A stretch of DNA of 64,000 nt from Chloroflexota bacterium (GTDB lineage Bacteria; Chloroflexota; Dehalococcoidia; Lucifugimonadales; UBA3495): NCBI GenBank assembly GCA_027623675.1, contig JAQBVF010000014.1, forward strand, positions 1-64,000. The letters run 5' to 3'. Positions within the stretch are counted from its first letter, which is position 1. Each line of letters begins with the position of its first letter. The notes beneath the pieces are model-generated. The model had not been told where the DNA came from. It worked only from the letters and a program-made list of their open reading frames with translations, and made no database searches. The translations under genes and the position numbers were made by a program. Shown in pieces: positions 36,974-46,494 of the stretch.

Positions 36974-37668
36974 GGAGTTGTTAATCCACCTGGGTCAGAA
37001 TCGGGTTTGTCACGTCCGCCGGATCTCGCCCAGGCAACAACCCGGTCGAGTACGGGGGTGATGTTCTTTGAGGAGTCGACCGCATAATGGCCGCGTTTCA
37101 CCGGCTCTTCCACCGGGGCGAGCCGGGTGTATATCAACCAACCGGCGTCGGAGTAAGTATTGGCGTGGCGGTCTGCTTTCCGCTCTTTCAACCGGCGGCG
37201 GACCGTATCTTTGGGCGCGGTGAGATGCACCAAAGCCAGGGGCGCCCCGGTGAGTTCGGAGATATCGTATAGGTAGGTCCGAAAGTCCTCGTTGAGGTTG
37301 GTGGCGTCGAACAAGACGCTGTAGCCGTTGGTTAGATATTCGGTGATCAGCCGGTAGCAGGACTCGAAAACACGCCGGTGCTCGGTCGTGGTGTACTTGG
37401 GGTGCTCCACCAGCACCTTGCGGAGGCGGTCCGTCTCCAAGACCAGGAAGGGGACCTGTTCCGTCAACTTGGCGGCGAAATACGATTTACCGGTGCCGGG
37501 GAGGCCGCACATGGCGACGAGCAAAGGCTGCTTGGGCATGCGGGGTTGGGATATGAACAGGTCATTGTCCAGCACCTCGCGAAGGGCAGCCACGTCCTGA
37601 TTCAGCCGGTTGTCCAATGGGTTCCATCCAAAAAGAGAGTGGGTCGCCGAGTTGATCGACCCGGACAT
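36970..37668 (-). CDS. P-loop kinase / AAA_33-family ATPase
   Basis: CGLPGTGKS, TDRLRK, FDATN. Confidence 0.8.
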   Translation of the reverse strand: MSGSINSATHSLFGWNPLDNRLNQDVAALREVLDNDLFISQPRMPKQPLLVAMCGLPGTGKSYFAAKLTEQVPFLVLETDRLRKVLVEHPKYTTTEHRRVFESCYRLITEYLTNGYSVLFDATNLNEDFRTYLYDISELTGAPLALVHLTAPKDTVRRRLKERKADRHANTYSDAGWLIYTRLAPVEEPVKRGHYAVDSSKNITPVLDRVVAWARSGGRDKPDSDPGGLTTP

Positions 37669-37750
37669 TATAGTCGGTATGGAGGGCCAGCCCCTATAGC
37701 CCTGGTCCCGTAGGCGCGCCTGAGTCGTGAGACTGCGTCCGGCTTGATCG

Positions 37751-38749
37751 CTATCTTTCCGGTGGCGGGCTATCCGGGAGTTTGACCGCCAATTTCGCCC
37801 CAAGCTGCCGCCGCTCCAGTTTGGACTCCAGCATGGCGGGACTGAGCAGGAAGGTCACGGAGGCGACGATCATCAGCAATACGGCCACCACATTCAGATT
37901 CACCGGCAGGGAGGCGGCGGTGACGATGACCAGGATGGAAGTGGTCACCGTGAGCAGTCCGATACGCAGCAGGCGGGGGCCGACCTTGAGGAAGACCGCG
38001 GTGGTCACGGCCATGGACAGGAAGATAAACGCCCTGGCGGTGTCCGTATCCTGCATCCGCTCGGCATGGTCGCTCCAGAGTCCCCCTTGCCAGTTCAGGA
38101 ACAATATCCATGAAGTCAGGAATGGGAAGGGTAGGGCGGTAAGCGAAGTCAATAGCCAGTCCCGCTTCACCATCTTGAAAATCACATTGGCCATGATCCA
38201 CATGGAGAAGGGCAGGTAACCGATCAACAGGAAGAAGAAGACGACATTGAAAGGAAGCTGTCCGGTGGTCAGCAAGGTCCAGATACCGTAGCTGATGGTT
38301 ATTAGGGCCAGCAGCCACGACAGTGCGGGCGCCGCCAACGAATAACCCATCCATGAATACGACCATTTACTGGGGCTGCCGGCCCGCCAGTTGCGCCAGG
38401 TCACGAACGCGATGGCGATCAGGAGCAGCGAGACCAAGAAGTATTCGCTCCAGAGGTGCAGGGCAAAGAAGGACGCCAGCAGAAAATGGGGGATGGTCGC
38501 CAGAAGAACGTCACGCCACACCCCGGTGCTGTGGACTTCGTACAGGCCCCGGGCCACCGCGTTGGGCGCGCCCATCTCCGCCACGGCGCGGGTCATCGCT
38601 GTGTCGCGGTTAACGCCCTGGGCTTCCAAATCGGCGACCTTGTCATCCAAGTGGCCTTCCAGCTCTTGGATGATGTCATGCTCTTCATCAGGATCAAGAT
38701 GGAGCTTGTGGGCCAGGGCGTGGAGGTAGTTACTGACCTCAAATGGCAT
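37751..38749 (-). CDS. Membrane protein with N-terminal permease-prefix/HAAS-type domain (PadR partner)
   Basis: DIIQELEGHL...AVAEMG followed by many TM helices; downstream of PadR. Confidence 0.75.
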   Translation of the reverse strand: MPFEVSNYLHALAHKLHLDPDEEHDIIQELEGHLDDKVADLEAQGVNRDTAMTRAVAEMGAPNAVARGLYEVHSTGVWRDVLLATIPHFLLASFFALHLWSEYFLVSLLLIAIAFVTWRNWRAGSPSKWSYSWMGYSLAAPALSWLLALITISYGIWTLLTTGQLPFNVVFFFLLIGYLPFSMWIMANVIFKMVKRDWLLTSLTALPFPFLTSWILFLNWQGGLWSDHAERMQDTDTARAFIFLSMAVTTAVFLKVGPRLLRIGLLTVTTSILVIVTAASLPVNLNVVAVLLMIVASVTFLLSPAMLESKLERRQLGAKLAVKLPDSPPPER

Positions 38750-38758
38750 GGGGGACGC

Positions 38759-39103
38759 CTACTGCGTCTCTGGCTGCATGCCGGGCAGCATGATTGAATT
38801 CATGGCGTTGGTGAAACGCTGCCATTCGGTGAGCCGGTCGGCCAGTCCCTCCTGTCCTTTCGCGGTGATCAGGTAATAACGCCGACGCACGTTGTTGGGG
38901 GTGTACTCCCAGCGGCCTTCGATCAGCTTTTGCTTTTCCAAACGGTGGAGGGCGGGATAGAGGGTCCCCTCTTTGAATGCGAAGTAGCCGCTGCTTCGCT
39001 GGTCAACTTCCTTTACGATCTGGTAGCCGTACATGGGCTCGTTCTCCAGAAGCGCCAGTAGCAGGGTCTCGGTGTTGCCTTTCAGCATTTCTTGTTGGTG
39101 CAT
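38759..39103 (-). CDS. PadR-family transcriptional regulator
   Basis: MYGYQI, EGTLYPALHRLE, RRYY.IT.KG. Confidence 0.93.
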   Translation of the reverse strand: MHQQEMLKGNTETLLLALLENEPMYGYQIVKEVDQRSSGYFAFKEGTLYPALHRLEKQKLIEGRWEYTPNNVRRRYYLITAKGQEGLADRLTEWQRFTNAMNSIMLPGMQPETQ

Positions 39104-39212
39104 CTTCGTACCGGTCCAACGTTGTTTCACCAGAACTCCAACGGATATGGAGTCATTTTATGAAGCGGAAGATACGGGGTCAAGGCGCTCGGGATAGTCG
39201 GGACACCGCTGC

Positions 39213-39476
39213 TTACAGGACGGCGTCCACCACTCTTTGGAGCAGGATCAGGATGATCAGCACGGCCATGGGGCTGAAATCGAAACCGCCGAAACTGGGC
39301 AGACTGCGCCGAATGGGACCGAGGACGGGCTCGGTGATCTGGTATATGAAGTTATTGACGCTGACGAGCCAGGGATGGGGCCGGGCGCCGCTCATGGGCA
39401 TGACGAAAGAGAGGATCACCCGGGCAAAGATGGCAATGGTGAAGAGTGTAAGGATCCCGCTGATCAGAGCTCCCAA
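39213..39476 (-). CDS. yggT: YggT-family membrane protein
   Basis: ITEPVLGPIRR, GGFDFSP; follows proC. Confidence 0.9.
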   Translation of the reverse strand: MGALISGILTLFTIAIFARVILSFVMPMSGARPHPWLVSVNNFIYQITEPVLGPIRRSLPSFGGFDFSPMAVLIILILLQRVVDAVL

Positions 39477-39487
39477 TTCGTAACTCC

Positions 39488-40291
39488 TTAGCCCTGACCC
39501 AATCGGATCGATTTCTGGTAGGCGGCGTCAACGGCGCTGACTATCGCCGCCGGAACGCCCTGGTCTTCCAACACGCGCAGGGCTTCGGCGGTGGTGCCCG
39601 CCGGTGACACGACCATGTCTTTCAACTCTGCCGGGTGCATGCCGGTGTCCATCACCAGCTTGACGCTGCCAAAGACCGTTTGCAGGGCCAGGGTCCGGGC
39701 CATGTCCCGGGGCAGGCCCACGTACACTCCGGCGTCGATCAGCGCTTCGATGAACAAGAATACGTAGGCCGGGCCGCTGGCGCTGAGGGCGGTGGCCATG
39801 TCCATGTATTTCTCGTCGGAGACGTATATCTCCTTGCCGATGGTCCCCAGGACCGCCTTGGTCATTTCGCGATTGGCCTCATCCACTCCATCGGAGCAGG
39901 TCCAAAGCGTCATGCCGGCCCCGATCTGAGCCGGGGTGTTGGGCATCACACGGACGACCGAGTTGTGGCGCAGTCCTTTGGACAGGGTTTCCATCTTGGC
40001 GCCGGCGACGATGGACAGGGCCGCTTGACCGGCGGACAGGTGGCCCCTCATCTGCCCCATGACCGAGCCCAGGTCCTGGGGTTTGACCGCGAACAGGACC
40101 AGGTCGGCCTGCTGGGCGGATTTGAGGTTATCGGCGTCCGCGATGACGCCGAACTGGCTGGAGAGATATTCGCGCCGTTCAGCCACCGGCTCGCCCACGC
40201 TGATGTCTTTGGGCTCGGCCAGTTTGCCGGAGAGCACGCCGTGGAGGATGGCCTCGGCCATCTTGCCTCCACCGATAAACGCAATCTTCAT
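39488..40291 (-). CDS. proC: Pyrroline-5-carboxylate reductase
   Basis: IGGGKMA, AVKPQ, RVMPNTP, SGPAY, VSPAGTT. Confidence 0.96.
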   Translation of the reverse strand: MKIAFIGGGKMAEAILHGVLSGKLAEPKDISVGEPVAERREYLSSQFGVIADADNLKSAQQADLVLFAVKPQDLGSVMGQMRGHLSAGQAALSIVAGAKMETLSKGLRHNSVVRVMPNTPAQIGAGMTLWTCSDGVDEANREMTKAVLGTIGKEIYVSDEKYMDMATALSASGPAYVFLFIEALIDAGVYVGLPRDMARTLALQTVFGSVKLVMDTGMHPAELKDMVVSPAGTTAEALRVLEDQGVPAAIVSAVDAAYQKSIRLGQG

Positions 40292-40305
40292 CGAATTACC
40301 ATCAG

Positions 40306-40389
40306 GATAAAACCTTCAAAATAAAACCGGGGTAAAACCCAGGGAAAACCCCAGGGAAAGCCCGGGATAAAACCTAGATAAAAACCACC
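40306..40389. repeat. Imperfect tandem repeats of an AAAACC-containing 12-13-bp unit upstream of proC
   Basis: ataaaacc, ataaaacc, gtaaaacc, gaaaaccc, gaaagccc, ataaaacc, ataaaaacc in succession. Confidence 0.7.
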
Positions 40390-40524
40390 AGGCCATGGGA
40401 TAGACCGGCCATGGTCAAGCGCCGGTCCCAGCCCTGCTGGAACGCGTCTACGCGCCGGGCCACATTATATCACCGTAGCTGGCGGGCTTTACGGGCGGGC
40501 AAGCTGAACCGGGGCTGCCACCGG

Positions 40525-41541
40525 TCAGAAATGGGTCAGGCCGTTGCCCTGGGCCAGGGCCACCGCCAAACGGATGCACTCCTCCATGCTCTCGTGGCTG
40601 GCCACGCCTTTGCCCGCGATATCGAAGGCCGTTCCGTGGTCGACCGATGTACGCACGAAGGGCAACCCCAGATTTGCGGTGATGCTCTCCTCGAACCCGT
40701 AGACCTTGACTGGGATGTGCCCCTGGTCGTGGTACATGCAGACAACCACATCGTACTGGTCCTGGATGGCCTGGTGGAAGATGATGTCCGCTGGGACCGG
40801 GCCAATGGCGTTGATTCCTTGCGATCTTGCCGCCTCGACCGCCGGCGCGATCTCCTGGGCCTCTTCATCGCCCAACAATCCGCCATCGCTGCCGTGGGGG
40901 TTGAGGGCGGCCACCCCGATCTTGGGGCTCGGGAATCCGAATTTGACGAAACTCTCGTGGGTCAGCTTCACGTATTCCAGGATCCGGTCCTTCTTGACCA
41001 GGTCACAGGCCAGACGTAGGGACCGGTGGGTGCTCAGATGCACCACCCGCAGGTTCTTGGCCATCAGCATCGTAGCCACGGTTTTAGTCTTGGATAACTC
41101 TTGCAGGAGTTCCATGTGCCCGATGGACTTGTAGCCCGCCAGGCTGGCGGCCTCTTTGTTCAGCGGGGCGGTGGCCAGAGCATCGACCACGCCGGCCAGG
41201 GCTAATTCGCCAGCCTTGGTAACCCACTCCATGGCCGCTTTACCGCAGGTGGGGTTGATCTGGCCCACGGTAATGTCCTCGGGGTTGAGGTTGTGGATGT
41301 CCACCACGTCAATGACCCCTGGGTCTTGGCCTGCCGCGGCGGGGTCGGACGCTTCTTGTATCTTCAAGGGAACGCCGGTTAGCGAGACCGCCTGCTGCAT
41401 GGCGTAGACATTCCCCACCACCAGCGGGCGGCAAGTGGCGTACACCTTGGGGTCGGCCATGGCTTTGACCACGACCTCCGGCCCGATGCCGCAGGGGTCG
41501 CCCATGGTTATCGCTATAGCTGGTTTTCTGCCTGTGGTCAT
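40525..41541 (-). CDS. pdxA: 4-hydroxythreonine-4-phosphate dehydrogenase (PdxA/PdxA2 family)
   Basis: TMGDPCGIGPE, TAPLNK, LNPH, MYHDQG, RTSVDHGTAFDIAG. Confidence 0.93.
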   Translation of the reverse strand: MTTGRKPAIAITMGDPCGIGPEVVVKAMADPKVYATCRPLVVGNVYAMQQAVSLTGVPLKIQEASDPAAAGQDPGVIDVVDIHNLNPEDITVGQINPTCGKAAMEWVTKAGELALAGVVDALATAPLNKEAASLAGYKSIGHMELLQELSKTKTVATMLMAKNLRVVHLSTHRSLRLACDLVKKDRILEYVKLTHESFVKFGFPSPKIGVAALNPHGSDGGLLGDEEAQEIAPAVEAARSQGINAIGPVPADIIFHQAIQDQYDVVVCMYHDQGHIPVKVYGFEESITANLGLPFVRTSVDHGTAFDIAGKGVASHESMEECIRLAVALAQGNGLTHF

Positions 41542-41708
41542 GACGTGTTCCTCCAGTTGGGACAATGACGCTCAGATAGTCGGAGTCTACCTGACGAAAT
41601 CCGTTGTCGATTAATCGGTTATGTAATCAAGACTGCCAGACGCGCCGAAATTATAGCACTTGCGGGGTTTTATGCCCCTTGATCTGTATGGTATGGTTGG
41701 TCTTCAAG

Positions 41709-41743
41709 AAAAAGAGCCCCCGGCATTGGCCGCCGAGGGCTCT
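41709..41743 (-). terminator. Rho-independent terminator
   Basis: Minus strand AGAGCCCTCGGC-loop-GCCGGGGGCTCT-TTTT. Confidence 0.8.
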
Positions 41744-41748
41744 AGGAA

Positions 41749-41849
41749 GGTAGCCAGGCTGGCGCAGGAACCGCACCACACATGAGACTCGATTAGCCGC
41801 AGCAGCAGTCGGCCTCCACACAACCCACCCCGCGCCAGCCAGGTCTACC
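41749..41849 (-). ncRNA. Candidate structured non-coding RNA of unknown family
   Basis: Long closing stem GGTAG/CTACC, CC/GG and GGCTGGCGC/GCGCCAGCC, extended by G-U pairs on the minus strand only; two UGUGUGG motifs; terminator directly 3'. Confidence 0.5.
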
Positions 41850-41942
41850 CGTAAATACTATTTAAGTTGCCCTCTGGTCTCCTCTACCTTATATATATCT
41901 GCATATCTGCTTACGTTGTCACTATCTGTTTAACTATCGCGC

Positions 41943-44378
41943 CTACTCGCACTTGTTCCAGCCGCAGGCGACGCATTTCATGCAACCCTCTTCAAAGATG
42001 ACCGGCGTATTGCAGTCGGGGCACTTGCGGGCGTTAAGTACCTCTCTGGGATGGCTCTTCCCGTTGCCATTCCCATTTCCGTTGCCGTTTTCGGTCGGTA
42101 TCAGTTGGGGCGTGAACTGCAACTGGGCTTCGCCCGAGTCGCCGCGCACGTGTCCGCCGCCAGTGTGACGCTCCAACGCCAGGGCCACCGCGTCGGGGCC
42201 GGAACGAACCAACGTGCCTTCGTCCCAAGCGGGACAACAGGTGATGCCCCGAAGCTGGTCGATGACCGTGTTGGGCTTGATGCCCGATCGCAGGGCCAGG
42301 GACACCAGCCGGGAAATGGCCTCCAACTGGGCCGAGTCGCAGCCACCGGCCTTGCCCAGGTTGCCGAACACCTCGAAGGGCGCATCCGCCTCGTCGAAGT
42401 TGATGGTTACATACATGTTGCCGTGGCCGGTGCGCACCCGCTCGGTGATTCCGCGGATGGATGATGGCCTCTGGCGAGGGGTTAGGGACCCGGCGGTTTC
42501 GGCGGCTTTCTCTTCCTTACGGCCGGTCTCGCCGGTGCTGAGCACCTGACCGTCCTTGCTGCCGTCACGGTAGACGGTGATCCCCTTGCAGCCCAATTCG
42601 TAGGCCAGCATGTAGGCGCCGGATATCTCTTCCACCGTGGCATCGTTGGGGAAGTTGATGGTCTTTGAGACCGAGTTATCGACGTATTTCTGCACCGCAC
42701 CCTGCATCTTCACGTGCCACTCGGGTTCGATGTCGTGGGAGACCCTGAAGACTTCCTTCACCCACTGGGGGATGTCCAGATGCTCCAGGCTGCCGGTGCG
42801 GGCCAGGTCTACCATCAACTCTTCCGAGTAGAATCCTTCCTGCCGGGCCACTGCCTCGAAGTAGGGATTGCCCTCCACCAGCTTGGTGTTGTCCATCACG
42901 TTCCGCACATAGCTCAGAGCGAACAGGGGCTCGATGCCGCTGGAGGCCCCGGCGATGATGCTGATGGTGCCGGTGGGCGCGATGGTGGTGGGGGCCGAGT
43001 TCCGCATGGGCTGCACGGCGCCACCGGGACCCGGGTTGTTATAGATGCTGCCCTCCCAGGCGGGGAATGAACCCCGGGTCAGCGTCAGGTTGGAAGAGGC
43101 CTGGTGGGTCCGCTCGAGGATCCGCCGCATCACTTCTTCCGCAGTCTCCAAGCCCTCCTCGGAATCGTACCGCACGCCCAATTGAATGAGCAGATCGGAG
43201 AGGCCCATCACGCCCAGGCCGATGCGCCTGGTCTTCTTGCTCATCTCTTCGATCTCAGGGATGGGGTAGTCGTTCATATCGATAACGTTATCCAGCATAT
43301 GAACGGCGATGTCCACGGTTTCGTCCAATCGTTCCCAGTTCATCACGGTGTCGCCGTCGGCGATGGTCACCATGCGGGCCACGTTGATGGACGCCAGGTT
43401 GCAGGACTCGTGGGGCAGCAAGGGCTGCTCGCCGCACGGGTTAGTGCTTTCGATCTCGCCCAACTGAGGGTTGGGGTTGTCCCGGTTGATCACATCCAAG
43501 AAGATCAAGCCGGGGTCGCCGGTCTTCCAGGCCATGTTGGTCAACAGGCTAAACACTTCCCTAGCGTTGCGCTGGCCGGTCACCTGGCCGGTGCGCGGGT
43601 TGACCAGGTCATAGTTCTGTCCGGCCTTGGCCCGCTCCATGAAGTCCCGGTTCACGGCCACGGAGATGTTGAAGTTGCTCAGGTTCAGGCCGTCTTCCTT
43701 GGCCCTGATGAACTTCTCTACATCGGGATGGTCCACGTTCAAGATGCCCATGTTGGCGCCGCGCCGGGTGCCTCCCTGCTTAACCACGTCGGTGGCCGCG
43801 TCGAAGGCGCGTATGAAGCTGACCGGTCCGCTGGCGATGCCGCCGGTGGAGCCAACCACGTCGCCCTCGGGCCGGAGACGGCTGAATGAGAATCCGGTCC
43901 CGCCGCCGCTCTTGTGAATCAGGGCGGTCTGCTTGACCTTGTCGAAGATGGAACCCAGGCTGTCGTCCACCGGCAGCACGAAGCAGGCCGACAATTGCTG
44001 CAGCTCACGGCCGGCGTTCATCAACGTGGGGGAGTTGGGCAGCAGCTCCAAACGCTGCATCGCCATGAAGAACCGGTCTTCCGTCTCTTGCCGCTCTTTC
44101 TCGTCAGCGCCGTAGTTCAGATCGGCTTGGGAGAGGTTGTTGGCCACCCGGCGGAACATGCCCACCGAGTCTTCCAGGATGTTGCCTTCCCGGTCCTTGG
44201 ACAGGTAGCGGCGCTCCAAGACCACTTTCGCGTTGGTGGTCAACTCGGTGGAGCGTTCGTTGGTCTGCTGGGCAATTCCAGCGGCTTCCAATGCCGTTGC
44301 TATCCGTCGGCGCCTCTCCTGGATCTCTCCAGACTGTGTCCCCAGTTGTGTTATCGGTCCCTGATGTGTGGCGGTCAT
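41943..44378 (-). CDS. nrdJ: Adenosylcobalamin-dependent (class II) ribonucleotide reductase
   Basis: PNSPTLMNAG, QLSACF, GGTRRGANM, TNPCGEQPL, TIAPTGT, C-terminal TSCPD-like region and Zn ribbon. Confidence 0.95.
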   Translation of the reverse strand: MTATHQGPITQLGTQSGEIQERRRRIATALEAAGIAQQTNERSTELTTNAKVVLERRYLSKDREGNILEDSVGMFRRVANNLSQADLNYGADEKERQETEDRFFMAMQRLELLPNSPTLMNAGRELQQLSACFVLPVDDSLGSIFDKVKQTALIHKSGGGTGFSFSRLRPEGDVVGSTGGIASGPVSFIRAFDAATDVVKQGGTRRGANMGILNVDHPDVEKFIRAKEDGLNLSNFNISVAVNRDFMERAKAGQNYDLVNPRTGQVTGQRNAREVFSLLTNMAWKTGDPGLIFLDVINRDNPNPQLGEIESTNPCGEQPLLPHESCNLASINVARMVTIADGDTVMNWERLDETVDIAVHMLDNVIDMNDYPIPEIEEMSKKTRRIGLGVMGLSDLLIQLGVRYDSEEGLETAEEVMRRILERTHQASSNLTLTRGSFPAWEGSIYNNPGPGGAVQPMRNSAPTTIAPTGTISIIAGASSGIEPLFALSYVRNVMDNTKLVEGNPYFEAVARQEGFYSEELMVDLARTGSLEHLDIPQWVKEVFRVSHDIEPEWHVKMQGAVQKYVDNSVSKTINFPNDATVEEISGAYMLAYELGCKGITVYRDGSKDGQVLSTGETGRKEEKAAETAGSLTPRQRPSSIRGITERVRTGHGNMYVTINFDEADAPFEVFGNLGKAGGCDSAQLEAISRLVSLALRSGIKPNTVIDQLRGITCCPAWDEGTLVRSGPDAVALALERHTGGGHVRGDSGEAQLQFTPQLIPTENGNGNGNGNGKSHPREVLNARKCPDCNTPVIFEEGCMKCVACGWNKCE

Positions 44379-44595
44379 TTCGGCGTTCCTAACTAATATG
44401 TCCTGAATCGGTGAATAAGCCCTTTGCGTCTGGTGGCGCGAAGGCCCGTGGGCCAATCCTATCCGTGGATGCCTTCGACTTGTAGCTTCAAATGTCAGGT
44501 ATTTCGCAACCGAGGGGCCAAACCAGGCAGGGGAACGGAGCGGTTTTTGGCAGGGCGTTCAGCCAGGCGATCCACGGTTTTAAACTACCTACAAC

Positions 44596-44645
44596 ATACC
44601 ATATATCGGACCTCAAGTTATGTCGTATACCACTACATGATGTGG
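44596..44645. promoter_or_regulatory. Two candidate NrdR boxes upstream of nrdJ
   Basis: ATACCATATATCGGAC (44596-44611) and CCACTACATGATGTGG (44630-44645) vs consensus acaCwAtATaTwGtgt. Confidence 0.6.
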
Positions 44646-44680
44646 TTGGTATTTTCGAAACTACAAAAAGTAGTAGGCGG

Positions 44681-44710
44681 ATTCTACTTCCGGGATTTAA
44701 GGGAAGTCAA
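44681..44710 (-). promoter_or_regulatory. sigma70-type promoter of nrdJ
   Basis: Minus strand TTGACT-18 bp-TAGAAT. Confidence 0.6.
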
Positions 44711-45044
44711 GCAAAATCCAGGGAATATTGGGGGGCAAAAACGGATGATCGCGGAGTTGTGCCGGGGGCGTTCAAGAGGGGTCCGATAGGGAATCAAGGC
44801 CGGGATTTCCCATGCGCCTTTTTGGTCCAAATCCGGAAAGGAGGGCCGCCAAAAGCGCAGGTCTGGCAGAAAGAGGCATCGGCCCGTCGCGTCAATCACC
44901 GCCCCTAAATGGTCCCGCGCGCCCGTGCGTCGTTCCCTCTGGAACGGCGCACTTACTACGGCGCACTTACTAATGAAGACGCGAGCCCAGAACAAACAAG
45001 TCATTGCATCCGCCGCAACGGAGCACTGAGGTCACCCTCTTTGG

Positions 45045-45296
45045 CTAAAGTTCGTATTCTTCGTCGTCGGCGTCAGAGTTGCCCAGCCAGCAGGTGGCCA
45101 GACTGGCGCGGGCGGTGCGATCGATCTCTTCTTGAATCTCGGCGATCCGGCAGCCGGCGGTCATGATCCGCGATTGATCGGTGCCGGGCGTGCCAGCGGG
45201 AACCATTTCCGACAACATCTGGTTCTCTAATTCGTGCACCTGGAGGTTGAGGGTCAATAGCCTGGGTAGGGCTGAATACTGCAAGCTTCCGTTCAT
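45045..45296 (-). CDS. Small hypothetical protein (83 aa) between nrdR and nrdJ
   Basis: RBS AAGGAG upstream of ATG; helical-looking sequence with an acidic tail. Confidence 0.6.
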   Translation of the reverse strand: MNGSLQYSALPRLLTLNLQVHELENQMLSEMVPAGTPGTDQSRIMTAGCRIAEIQEEIDRTARASLATCWLGNSDADDEEYEL

Positions 45297-45394
45297 CGTT
45301 GGATCTCCTTGGATAAATGAATGAATAGTGCTTCTGGGCTTCGCCTGTTTTCCCGTCTGTCTTCCAACGGGACTATCGGTCTGGAATATTGCTG

Positions 45395-46081
45395 CTAAAT
45401 AAGGTCTGGTTGTTGATTAACGTTCTGTTGGCCTTTCGCTTGGGTCGTTGCTTGGGTCGTTGCTTCGTTGGTTAATTCGTTATTAGCTTCTTTCGCCGCT
45501 GGTTTCGTAATATCTTTCTCAGCTGCGTTGCTACCGCTGGGCCGGAACTCGGCTTCCGGTTCCACCACCCGCTTCCGGCCCCGGCCCCGGCCTTTACTGA
45601 GCAGGGCTGGCGGCATATCCAGAAGGGGCAACTGCGCCTCGTCGCGCAGGTCCCGCACCGCTTCTTCGAAGCTCTCTATGTCCTGGAAGGCACGGTAGAC
45701 GCTGGCGTAACGGATGTAGGCCACCCGGTCCAATTCCCGGAGGCGTTCCATCACCATGGTGCCGAGTACGGTTGTTGAAACCTCCATATTACCCATCTGT
45801 TGCAGTTCGGCCTCGATGTCTTCGACCATCCTGTCGATGGTGCGAGATGAGACCGGCCGTTTGGTGCAGGCTTTTCTGATCCCTGAAACCAGCTTTTCCC
45901 GGTTGAATTCTTCGCGGCGGTTGTCCTGCTTGGACACCATCAACGCCGCCGCTTGGACCCGCTCGTAGGTGGTGAACCTAAGTTCGCAACTCTGGCATTC
46001 ACGCCGCCGCCTTATCCCGCTTTCTACCACACGGGAGTCGGTGACCTTGGAATGGGGGTAGCCGCAGAACGGGCAGTGCAT
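45395..46081 (-). CDS. nrdR: Transcriptional repressor NrdR with a low-complexity C-terminal extension
   Basis: MHCPFC, IRRRRECQSC, RFTTYE, ATP cone, VAYIRYASVY. Confidence 0.97.
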   Translation of the reverse strand: MHCPFCGYPHSKVTDSRVVESGIRRRRECQSCELRFTTYERVQAAALMVSKQDNRREEFNREKLVSGIRKACTKRPVSSRTIDRMVEDIEAELQQMGNMEVSTTVLGTMVMERLRELDRVAYIRYASVYRAFQDIESFEEAVRDLRDEAQLPLLDMPPALLSKGRGRGRKRVVEPEAEFRPSGSNAAEKDITKPAAKEANNELTNEATTQATTQAKGQQNVNQQPDLI

Positions 46082-46122
46082 AACTTGGCCGTTTTCTTAT
46101 ACTATTCTTAAATTCGTTTTAA

Positions 46123-46169
46123 ATACTATATATAGTGTTATTGTTAACTAAACCTACCATCTATAGTGC
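46123..46169. promoter_or_regulatory. Tandem NrdR boxes upstream of nrdR
   Basis: ATACTATATATAGTGT (46123-46138) and CTACCATCTATAGTGC (46154-46169), 31 bp apart. Confidence 0.85.
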
Positions 46170-46269
46170 CTAGAGTGTACATACCGATGATATACTTGTC
46201 AATCCATTACGATTTCCGTAATACATTTATCGATCCCTGCCATTGCGCGTTGCCATTTGTACCCCAAAC

Positions 46270-46304
46270 AAAAAAAGACCGCCCTCCTTTTCAGGAGAGC
46301 GGTC
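46270..46304 (-). terminator. Rho-independent terminator after ftsZ
   Basis: Minus strand GACCGCTCTCCT-GAAA-AGGAGGGCGGTC-TTTTTTT. Confidence 0.8.
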
Positions 46305-46494
46305 GAAAGTTGATTCCCGGCGCCTGGTTATGTTGCGGTGATAAGGGGGATTAGTGCGCTTAGGCCTCCGAGAACATTACTCTATTTTAATGGGGCTCCC
46401 GGCCCCTAGCGGCCATGGCTCTGGATGGAGCCTTTCCGCAGATTTATGTTAACACAACCGGGGAATCCGGGAGCCTTTGTTGTATTTACGGATT

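Noticed and set aside
41749..41849. SRP RNA (because of AGCAGCAG)
   Set aside because: No CAGG-N-CC-GNRA-GG-N-AGCAG domain IV arrangement
44379..44590. Cobalamin riboswitch in the long nrdJ leader
   Set aside because: No B12-box or GGGAA/GCCACTG/CCCGCAACTGT-type motifs; only an 8-bp inverted repeat (CCGTGGAT/ATCCACGG)
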